DNA of 43,029 nt from Escherichia coli (GTDB lineage: Bacteria > Pseudomonadota > Gammaproteobacteria > Enterobacterales > Enterobacteriaceae). A program made the translations under genes and the position numbers. The DNA is taken from NCBI GenBank assembly GCA_033901515.1, contig GCA_033901515.1_4984.1; one strand, given 5' to 3'. Numbering within the stretch: position 1 is the first letter of the stretch; each line of letters starts with the position of its first letter. The notes under the pieces are model-generated. The model was not told the origin of the DNA. It saw only the letters and a program-made list of their open reading frames with translations, and ran no database searches. Below, one piece after another: positions 36,480 to 43,029 of the stretch.

Positions 36480-36968
36480 TTATGCATTTGCTTTCTCCTT
36501 ACGTTTGATATCCATAGCCATGCGACGAAGATCGTGTGCCAGTTGCAGGGCTGCGTCGGGACTCATATTAATACCGATCTCCTGCTCTGCCCGGGGGCTG
36601 TTCTTTCTAGGAACTATTCCGATGTAGAGTAGGTTCTCATCAGTAAAACTACATCTATCTAGGACTAACCGCTGGTCATTGCCACGGTTGCGCTTGGAGT
36701 TCATGTAGGCTACGCTATCCGGAACTGGCGGCAGCTCGTCGTCCGGCTCTTGGTACAGCTCAAAGTCTTCAGCACGCCAGGGGGTGGGGTCACAATAACG
36801 CTGCATACCGTCAAGCTGCAACCAGTCACCACTAGCACTAATGTTTGTTACAGTATAATAATCCTTGACGCCTTGGTTATGTCGCAAGAGTGTCATAAAC
36901 CCGGTACCTGCTGCGCCTACTGCTACTACTTTATCACCAACTTTAAACTTAGATTTAAACTTAGACAT
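36480..36968 (-). CDS. Hypothetical protein (about 162 aa) with N-terminal K(I/V)GDKV ... YTV module
   Basis: I prefer ATG 36966-36968 (MSKFKSKFKVGDKVV..., RBS GGAGGG); the tool start is TTG 36974. Confidence 0.5.
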   Translation of the reverse strand: MSKFKSKFKVGDKVVAVGAAGTGFMTLLRHNQGVKDYYTVTNISASGDWLQLDGMQRYCDPTPWRAEDFELYQEPDDELPPVPDSVAYMNSKRNRGNDQRLVLDRCSFTDENLLYIGIVPRKNSPRAEQEIGINMSPDAALQLAHDLRRMAMDIKRKEKANA

Positions 36969-36970
36969 AA

Positions 36971-38005
36971 TCAACCCTCCACAATATTCTCGTATCCACC
37001 CCAGTCTTCTACAACTCGGGTGCCTAGTTCAATCAGTTCTTCTTTGAAGCCATAATCAGAATACACCATGATGTATTCCGCCGCCCTTGCCGGGTTATCC
37101 AACACCCAACTAATCAGTTGCTGCTTAGAAAGCTGTGACACCTCCTTGAATGCTGCCAGTAAATGCGGGTCTTCCGCACAGGGAACATCTAGTGACATAT
37201 CAAAAGAATACGCAGGGGCAGATAACCACGCATCTGGTTCCACTACCTTTGGATCCCGCTCAATCGGTAGGTACTTGAACGTGTCTGCTTGCAGTACGCG
37301 CTCAAGTACTTGTCCAAGAATATTCAAGTCCAGTACCTCATCCGGGGTGTGCTCGTGCATGTACCCTACGCCTACGTTGGTGCACTCAGGAATGATGCCA
37401 ACGAACTCGGCCGAGTCAGTGTATACCCCTTTCTGTAAGTGCGCCTCCGTTCGTCCTAGTCGGGCCGCGAGTTCCTTTGCGAACGTATCAGAGCAGCAAC
37501 GCTGGTATCGTTGATGCGTAATGATGCCATCACCTCGGCGGTCAAAGCTAATCATTGCCTTGACCCCAGTCCAGAAGCCAGTATCGTCCTTGGCTGATGC
37601 TCTGCTGCCCTCGCAGCCTACTTCTTCATCCACGAAGAAGCAGTAGCGTCCGTGCACCCCACGCTTAATCATCTCCAGCATCAGGTAGATACCAGCGCCA
37701 CAGTCTGCACCTAGACAATCCGCTGCTTGTGGGTTGCGCAGGAACATGACGCCCTTGTTAGTAATTGCAATGTCCGGCGCAGCACTGCCTGGCCGAGCCA
37801 CCGTATCAAGGTGTGATGTAAATGCTACATCACTCTGTTCAGAGTTTCCGATTAGCACAAAGTAGTTACCGTGCGCATCCCTTACATAGTGTTCTGCACC
37901 AGCAAGAGCGCTACTAAGTAGCGGCTCAAACCATTTGGTACTGCCCCAGCTAGGTCGGTGCGTTGTTAAGATCTTTGTCAGTAGTTTCAAGTCGATACCA
38001 TACAT
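36971..38005 (-). CDS. Putative metallopeptidase, clan MH (M20/M28/M42-like)
   Basis: 344 aa; ordered candidate metal/catalytic residues SHLDTV, ADCGAG, FVDEEVGCEG, FDRRGDG, HEHTPDE. Confidence 0.55.
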   Translation of the reverse strand: MYGIDLKLLTKILTTHRPSWGSTKWFEPLLSSALAGAEHYVRDAHGNYFVLIGNSEQSDVAFTSHLDTVARPGSAAPDIAITNKGVMFLRNPQAADCLGADCGAGIYLMLEMIKRGVHGRYCFFVDEEVGCEGSRASAKDDTGFWTGVKAMISFDRRGDGIITHQRYQRCCSDTFAKELAARLGRTEAHLQKGVYTDSAEFVGIIPECTNVGVGYMHEHTPDEVLDLNILGQVLERVLQADTFKYLPIERDPKVVEPDAWLSAPAYSFDMSLDVPCAEDPHLLAAFKEVSQLSKQQLISWVLDNPARAAEYIMVYSDYGFKEELIELGTRVVEDWGGYENIVEG

Positions 38006-39714
38006 TAAGCTGCCTCCTGTTCTGTTTTAGCTTCTTTGTCTTCTTCGGCTTCTTCAGCCTCATCGTTGCCGAGGTATGGCTCATCCAGCACCGACGCAGC
38101 ATACTCCGTGAGGATTATACCGTGCACTGGATGGCTTTCTGTGTGGATGCTCAGAACATCATACCCTTGTGCGTACTGCATCGGCTCTTCATCATGCACT
38201 GCACCCTCTACAGCACAATCTGCTGCGTCATCATTAAGTACCCAGGAATTATGGTAGTCTGACCATGAGCAATTCCATGATGGGTACACTACGCTGCGGC
38301 CCACTACCTGTACGTAAGTATCACCGATACAGTGCGGGCATACATAACCACCGTCACAAGCTACGTACATGTCATCCTCGTCGAAACGTCCCCCGCACTC
38401 GATGCAATCGCAGCGACCGTCATCAATCCAAATGTACCCATCAGCGTCCTGTGCTTCATAGTCATAGCAGTCGCAGATAACGAACGCGTTATCCCCCTTT
38501 TCATCCACGCCATCTTGATTCCCGTCTAAGTACGGCATAAGCACGGCACCCTCATTCTCTGGGAGCGGAATACGCGCCAGTAGTGCGCCATCTAAGCAGT
38601 CCGTATCGCGCTCGTACCCATTAGCACGTAGAATGGCGTCCGCAGCATCCCCATATGCACGGACATATTCATTGGTTTCGATGTTAACGATAGCACGGGC
38701 GTGTACTTTAAAGTCATCACCAAAAAGTTCCCCAGTATACTGGATGAACAGGCGCAGATTATTGTCCGGCAAGCCGTGACTAGTCGTGGCATATACACGC
38801 ACCGGGCTAGCCTCGAAGTCGTATCCAGTCATGCAGCTACTAGGGCCGTTCTCGTATGCGTAGTACCACTCCCGCTCGGTCTTACAAAGATATGTAGTAG
38901 GCTCCACGTTCATAGCTTTGAGGTCTTCAATACATTCCCGGAAGTCTACACCGCTTCCGTAATAATTAGCGAGCCACTTGCCTGCCCGCATCTCTACACA
39001 GCGATACTCAGTAACAGCGGCGTAGTCTTTGTGTAATCGCGGCTGCCCCAGCATTACTACAGGCTCACCGTTGCGGAAGCCGAAACCTAGTGGGATTGCA
39101 AATCTAGACACCACGAACCCGTGCAACTGCATAAGCAAGGTTGCTGCCCAGTAATCCCCATCATACACACTGTACCCACGAAGGTATTTGGCCCGGAGGG
39201 AGTGAGTAGGTGTTAGCATCATCTCTTCGAACAACTCTATAGCCTGTTTGTGCACCTTGTATCCGGTAAAGTATTGGACCGCTTCTACTACACGTTCTGT
39301 AACTACGTCAGGGCCATCATAGAAGGTTCTGCTAGATAAACCGAATGCTTGGTCGCAGGTACCTGCACAGTCAAAGAGCTTATGCAGGAGAGTGTCACTA
39401 ATATCAACCGTGCCCAGCGGCCCAACATACCCACCCAAATCCTCTCCTGCAGCTGTAAAGTTGCCGAGTGCTACAAGATGCCCCGGCAGCACCCTTGACA
39501 ACATATAAAAGCCATACAAAAGCGCACGGGTTTTGTTACTTTGCACGCGCGCACGGCCTTGAGTTGATAGGTAGGGAAGCTGGCACCAGTAATCCCCGGA
39601 AGAGTACATACTATCCTTCAGTGGAAGAGCATTGGCCCCTTCTGGAAATTTGATGGTCCAACTCTCATAGGCAGGTACTTTTACGTCTACAGTTACTTTA
39701 TTAGTCTCTTGCAT
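38005..39714 (-). CDS. Large early protein of unknown function, Cys-rich C-terminal region and acidic tail
   Basis: Tool ORF 38005..40008 (667 aa) overlaps the 39761..40105 ORF by 248 nt. I prefer internal ATG 39712-39714 (RBS GGAGA), about 569 aa. C-terminus has CDCYDYEAQDADGYIWIDDGRCDCIECGG ... CDGGYVCPHC and ends EEAEEDKEAKTEQEAA. Confidence 0.55.
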   Translation of the reverse strand: MQETNKVTVDVKVPAYESWTIKFPEGANALPLKDSMYSSGDYWCQLPYLSTQGRARVQSNKTRALLYGFYMLSRVLPGHLVALGNFTAAGEDLGGYVGPLGTVDISDTLLHKLFDCAGTCDQAFGLSSRTFYDGPDVVTERVVEAVQYFTGYKVHKQAIELFEEMMLTPTHSLRAKYLRGYSVYDGDYWAATLLMQLHGFVVSRFAIPLGFGFRNGEPVVMLGQPRLHKDYAAVTEYRCVEMRAGKWLANYYGSGVDFRECIEDLKAMNVEPTTYLCKTEREWYYAYENGPSSCMTGYDFEASPVRVYATTSHGLPDNNLRLFIQYTGELFGDDFKVHARAIVNIETNEYVRAYGDAADAILRANGYERDTDCLDGALLARIPLPENEGAVLMPYLDGNQDGVDEKGDNAFVICDCYDYEAQDADGYIWIDDGRCDCIECGGRFDEDDMYVACDGGYVCPHCIGDTYVQVVGRSVVYPSWNCSWSDYHNSWVLNDDAADCAVEGAVHDEEPMQYAQGYDVLSIHTESHPVHGIILTEYAASVLDEPYLGNDEAEEAEEDKEAKTEQEAA

Positions 39715-39760
39715 TTTCTTTGTCTCCGGTGTTAGTAGTATCTCATCATACCTTAAAAGT

Positions 39761-40105
39761 TCAGCGTGCATACCACGCAGAGAGTTGTCGCTGCTTGTAG
39801 TAGGAGCGGATGGCTCTTCTAAATTGCGTGTAAGCTCCGCGATACCCATACTTCCGTAGCGCTGCAACCACATCAAATGCGATATGCTCTTGCAGTTTCC
39901 GCGCGGCAGGTTCAGTATACTCCCGGTAAGCTCTGAGCACAGTGCCAACACCCTCTCTTCTAACGCGGAGTAGTCTACGTTCAACGGGTACAATTCCTTT
40001 GAGTTCATTAGGTACCTCTTTGAATATTTCCCACGGGCACCCGCACTTGCCCTGCGTTTCTAGCAAGCGCCAGCACAGTAGCGCTGTTTCGTCTACTGTG
40101 AGCAT
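39761..40105 (-). CDS. Hypothetical early protein (114 aa, basic)
   Basis: ATG 40103-40105, RBS AAGGA; abuts the next gene. Confidence 0.45.
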   Translation of the reverse strand: MLTVDETALLCWRLLETQGKCGCPWEIFKEVPNELKGIVPVERRLLRVRREGVGTVLRAYREYTEPAARKLQEHIAFDVVAALRKYGYRGAYTQFRRAIRSYYKQRQLSAWYAR

Positions 40106-40107
40106 AT

Positions 40108-40311
40108 TTAATCCTTGAATACTACGTTGCGGGCCACGAGTGTGCTATTGTCGCTGGATACTATACCGCCAACTGTGTGGCTTGACTGCAACCACCGCTG
40201 CAGGGGATTGCTATAGTGTTCAGCGTGCTCGTGCAGCGTACCATACAGCGGCACCCGGTACAGTAACCCGTTCGGGCGCTTGTACAAGTCATACTCAACT
40301 AGTTCATTCAT
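40108..40311 (-). CDS. Hypothetical early protein (67 aa)
   Basis: ATG 40309-40311; packed between neighbours. Confidence 0.4.
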   Translation of the reverse strand: MNELVEYDLYKRPNGLLYRVPLYGTLHEHAEHYSNPLQRWLQSSHTVGGIVSSDNSTLVARNVVFKD

Positions 40312-40487
40312 ACTACACCTCGCACATTAAAACGGTGACAGTAACCGCGCAGGGTCATACCCAGCCGCTTTGCTTGTTTCTCATAGTGCTGGCGCAGCGC
40401 TGCTTTTGCGCTGTATTCACGCGCCAGTCCGTCGATTGTTGGTTGCTGCTTACGCATCAGCAGCACCTCTGGATTCTTTCCGTACAT
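40308..40487 (-). CDS. Hypothetical early protein (about 59 aa)
   Basis: I prefer ATG 40485-40487 (RBS GAGGTGGG) over the tool GTG at 40493. Confidence 0.4.
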   Translation of the reverse strand: MYGKNPEVLLMRKQQPTIDGLAREYSAKAALRQHYEKQAKRLGMTLRGYCHRFNVRGVV

Positions 40488-40506
40488 ACCCACCTCAATA
40501 CTTACC

Positions 40507-40770
40507 TCAGATACCGTTGTTGCTTACACCGTCCACGGTCAGAGTTACAGCGATGTTGGGTTCTTGCTCTCGCACCGCCTTAAGTAGGCGAATACCCAAC
40601 GCCTTGTAACCGCCCTCTGGATTTTCAAAGAGGTCATACTCAGGGCGTGGTTGCTGCTCTTGGTGCTGCCCTTGTTGGACGTGTACAGTGCAATAAGGCA
40701 CTGGGTTATTCACGTCGTTGCCTAGCACCAGCATGGCGCTGGTAACAATGATATTGACAACACTAGTCAT
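40507..40770 (-). CDS. Hypothetical early protein (87 aa)
   Basis: ATG 40768-40770, RBS GGAGA. Confidence 0.45.
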   Translation of the reverse strand: MTSVVNIIVTSAMLVLGNDVNNPVPYCTVHVQQGQHQEQQPRPEYDLFENPEGGYKALGIRLLKAVREQEPNIAVTLTVDGVSNNGI

Positions 40771-40984
40771 AAAGTTGTCTCCAGTCGGTAATAATACCGA
40801 GATTCACGGCATCCAGCAAAGTACGCGCCGCTGCTTCGGTATAGGTGTCTACGAGATCTAAAGGGAATTCCTGATTGGTGTCGCGGTCAGAGAATATCAT
40901 CACAGTATAGTTATACTCTGCGTGCACTTGATTGCACCATAAGGGCCAGAGTATATCCCCCGGATAGATTAGCTTTGCTTTCAT
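40763..40984 (-). CDS. Hypothetical early protein (73 aa)
   Basis: ATG 40982-40984, RBS GAGG; element A lies about 30 nt upstream. Confidence 0.45.
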   Translation of the reverse strand: MKAKLIYPGDILWPLWCNQVHAEYNYTVMIFSDRDTNQEFPLDLVDTYTEAAARTLLDAVNLGIITDWRQLYD

Positions 40985-41010
40985 TTGAAACCTCGTTGTT
41001 AACGGTATTC

Positions 41011-41037
41011 ACATAGCGCCCCGCAGGACGCTATAGG
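41011..41037 (-). promoter_or_regulatory. Conserved hairpin element A
   Basis: Plus acatagcgccccgcaggacgctatagg; minus-strand RNA CCUAUAGCG-UCCUGCGGGG-CGCUAUGUG forms a stem of about 9 bp. Confidence 0.45.
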
Positions 41038-41172
41038 CTTACCATTATACGTATTCTCCCAATCCCTCATAGTGCCACCTGTTATGGCGGCCCCGGGTTG
41101 GCACATCAAAGGCGTCAGAGTCGTTAGCTGCCGGAATCAATGCCCACCACTTGATAGCTTGAATCTTATAAA

Positions 41173-41748
41173 TCATGCCGCTACCTTCAAAGTTGCATCC
41201 AGCACAGCGCGTACATCCACGCCCTGACTGATAAGCATAGATACCAAATCAGAGTCGCTCACCCCAGTTTCTTTAGCCTTCTTGATAGCGTTTTTAACGC
41301 GCCCCAGCGCTTGCAGGCGCACTGCATCGGCATCAAGGGCATCATTCTTCACTTGTTCCGCTTCAGCAGCGTACAGGGCCATACAAGCGCTGTAGAAGCT
41401 GGCAACAATCTCTTCCCGGCCTTGCTTGTCAGCTTGTTTATAATCCAGACGCACGGCGTCCAGTTCAATGCCCAGCTTTTCAGCCGATGCATAGCACTTT
41501 TTAGCGTGGAATGCGTACTTGCCGGATTCCTTGTTGAACTTGATAGGCAGCAGTGTACGCAGCACCATATCGAAATCAGCGGCATCACTGCGCTGCATAT
41601 CCGTCGCCCAAGAAACGTTGCTACTAATCAGGCCGTGGAACAGAGCGCTGATAGTAATATTGCGTTTTGCTTCCACCACGTCGCCCAGCGCCTTGCGAAT
41701 GCTGCCAGCAGCGGTTAATTTGAATACTTTACCAGTTGAACGAGTCAT
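41173..41748 (-). CDS. Hypothetical early protein (191 aa)
   Basis: ATG 41746-41748, RBS AAGAGGTG; no recognisable motif. Confidence 0.55.
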   Translation of the reverse strand: MTRSTGKVFKLTAAGSIRKALGDVVEAKRNITISALFHGLISSNVSWATDMQRSDAADFDMVLRTLLPIKFNKESGKYAFHAKKCYASAEKLGIELDAVRLDYKQADKQGREEIVASFYSACMALYAAEAEQVKNDALDADAVRLQALGRVKNAIKKAKETGVSDSDLVSMLISQGVDVRAVLDATLKVAA

Positions 41749-41804
41749 GATGCACCTCTTTGATTGGTTGTTTACTTAATGATTTACTTAAAAACGAATT
41801 ACTT

Positions 41805-41836
41805 CACATAGCACCCCCCATAGGATGCTATAGGCT
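41805..41836 (-). promoter_or_regulatory. Conserved hairpin element B
   Basis: Plus cacatagcaccccccataggatgctataggctg; minus-strand RNA CCUAUAGCA-UCCUAUGGGGGG-UGCUAUGUG; followed towards the gene by a direct repeat TAAGTAAA x2. Confidence 0.45.
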
Positions 41837-41840
41837 GTAA

Positions 41841-42056
41841 TTAGCGTCCGAACTGCCCAGCAGTATACCAGCCTTGTGGCGCTCTGCTACTACCTTTTGT
41901 TTTGGTTTTACCGCGTACATTCGTGCTGAATGTAGCGGATTGCTTCATCCGCATATACCCAGCACGATTCAGCGCATCCCGGCGTTTTCTCAATTCAGGA
42001 CCGGATAACTTCTCCAGCCCAGCAAATTGTTGCGCTAACTTCTCACGATATTTCAT
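41841..42056 (-). CDS. First early gene, small basic protein (about 71 aa)
   Basis: I prefer ATG 42054-42056 with strong RBS GAGGAGG (the tool start is TTG 42071, inside the RBS); Arg/Lys-rich. Confidence 0.45.
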   Translation of the reverse strand: MKYREKLAQQFAGLEKLSGPELRKRRDALNRAGYMRMKQSATFSTNVRGKTKTKGSSRAPQGWYTAGQFGR

Positions 42057-42324
42057 TGCGTACCTCCTCAAAGTTAATGGTTAACGCCCTAACAGAATCC
42101 AGTAGGACGCTAACTTTTAACCTTGTTACCCACTGCACAACCGTGGAACCTGTGGTTCAGGTCTCGGCGCTATTCTTTTAAGGGGCAGCGCCTCAGCGCC
42201 CCAGCCGTTTGTCATCTCGGCCCTTGATGTTACTTCTTTACTGCACTGATTATCTAGGATTGGTCGTCATCGTACCAGTCAAGGTACTGGGCCTCCCCGC
42301 AAACCAGCTTACTACTTTGTTCGC

Positions 42325-42360
42325 TATCTAAGTTACTAGGTGAATCAGAACTTGTCAAGC
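42325..42360 (-). promoter_or_regulatory. Candidate sigma70-type early promoter
   Basis: Minus strand TTGACA (plus 42353-42358), 17-nt spacer, TAACTT (plus 42330-42335). Confidence 0.25.
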
Positions 42361-42474
42361 GTTACTTCTTACTTTTAAGCCGTCCGGTTTGCGTGTCCGG
42401 TCACCTGTAGCGGCTTGCTACGTGGAAGTGTCCTATTTAACGGCCTGTCTTCAACTATCCTGCCGTACTGCTGG

Positions 42475-42510
42475 GATTCAATCTAACTTATGTTCTTCGC
42501 GGTGTCAACT
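42475..42510 (-). promoter_or_regulatory. Candidate sigma70-type early promoter
   Basis: Minus strand TTGACA (plus 42503-42508), 17-nt spacer, TAGATT (plus 42480-42485). Confidence 0.25.
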
Positions 42511-42724
42511 CTTTTTATTGAGTATCTAACCCTTCACACTATTTAGCTTTAATCCGGCGGAGTCTCCCGACTCTACCCCGTTCAGCACCTCAGCGCCTCC
42601 CGGTGATTGAACTATAACGCCAACAAACCAAAAGAAGCAAGTAATTTTTTAATGCTTTTTGCAATTATTTATCTCTAAGAGCAAAAAGAGTAAGCAGGGC
42701 AAATACTTAGACCATGCTTCTATT

Positions 42725-42787
42725 CTAGGGATAGCACTAGGGATAGCGCTATACAGCCAATGCTAACCAATACTAGCCAATGCTAAC
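42725..42787. repeat. Short direct repeats near the genome end (tagggatagc x2; agccaatgctaac x2)
   Basis: Direct reading of 42721-42790; GATAGC-type words also recur at 71-112 and 172-178. Confidence 0.7.
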
Positions 42788-42904
42788 TAATACCATCTAG
42801 CACTGCATAGAGCAGCACGCAGTGACGTAACGTAAGTGAAGTCACGGAGTGATGCGGTGACTATGTAGGTAATGCTTACTCCCTACGGTCGTAACATAGG
42901 GCAT

Positions 42905-42934
42905 TACTAGTGAATACTAGTGAATACTAGTGAA
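42905..42934. repeat. Tandem 10-bp repeat (tactagtgaa x3) abutting the terminal repeat
   Basis: Direct reading of 42905-42934, followed by degenerate tagtagtaagtagtatgt. Confidence 0.85.
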
Positions 42935-42952
42935 TAGTAGTAAGTAGTATGT

Positions 42953-43029
42953 AGTTCCCTAAAACCCTCCTACTCCTGTAACATCATTTCTTAATAGCTT
43001 TCGAATGAAAGTAAAGGTGAAGGGATAGC
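42953..43029. repeat. Terminal direct repeat, right copy
   Basis: Exact 77-bp copy of 1..77. Confidence 0.9.

Noticed and set aside
38005-40008. Full 667-aa version of the large early ORF starting at 40008
   Set aside because: It would overlap the 39761..40105 ORF by 248 nt in a different frame; the internal ATG at 39714 has an RBS. Both remain possible, so the uncertainty is kept in the feature.
41041-41172. 23-35 codon ORFs in the gap containing element A
   Set aside because: They would run through the conserved hairpin element and lack good translation signals.
42181-42206. GC-rich near-palindrome aggggcagcgcctcagcgcccc as a possible terminator
   Set aside because: The arms do not pair cleanly and there is no U-tract on either strand.
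1-43029. tRNA genes, integrase or repressor, toxin-antitoxin or other host-derived cargo
   Set aside because: None recognised by eye on either strand. tRNAs cannot be excluded without a covariance-model scan, though the non-coding gaps are short apart from the termini.

Overview
The window reads as a complete ~43 kb genome of a T7-supergroup podophage, given as the reverse complement of the usual map: every credible gene is on the minus strand. From the right end, an ~0.9 kb non-coding leader (42057..42952) is followed by small early genes, a large early ORF and an M20/M42-like peptidase, then a DNA-metabolism module (zinc-ribbon/TOPRIM primase, DnaB-like helicase, family-A DNA polymerase, HNH endonuclease, calcineurin-like phosphoesterase, FEN-like 5'-3' exonuclease, endonuclease VII). 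A single-subunit RNA polymerase sits directly upstream of the structural module (portal, scaffold, major capsid, tail tubular A/B, three internal virion proteins, tail fiber, small and large terminase), followed by a lysis cassette (u-spanin, holin, SAR endolysin) and a terminal second tailspike. RNAP placement, spanin-holin-endolysin order and the 3'-terminal tailspike match the phiKMV/KP34-like layout as I recall it; an encapsulated enterobacterial host is inference only. Both window ends carry an identical 77-bp direct repeat. I saw no tRNA, integrase, repressor or CRISPR array, and no ORF with DNA-ligase motifs. All calls are from reading the sequence and ORF track by eye (motifs, size, synteny, RBS inspection); no database search was run. 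The best candidates for something undescribed are: a 17-bp motif shared by the terminal repeat and the RNAP/late-gene junction; a family of conserved hairpin elements upstream of early genes and the DNA polymerase; a SLOG/LOG-like protein beside the RNAP; a large Cys-rich early protein; a sub-threshold 52-aa membrane ORF; and a short ORF broken by one in-frame TAG upstream of the primase.
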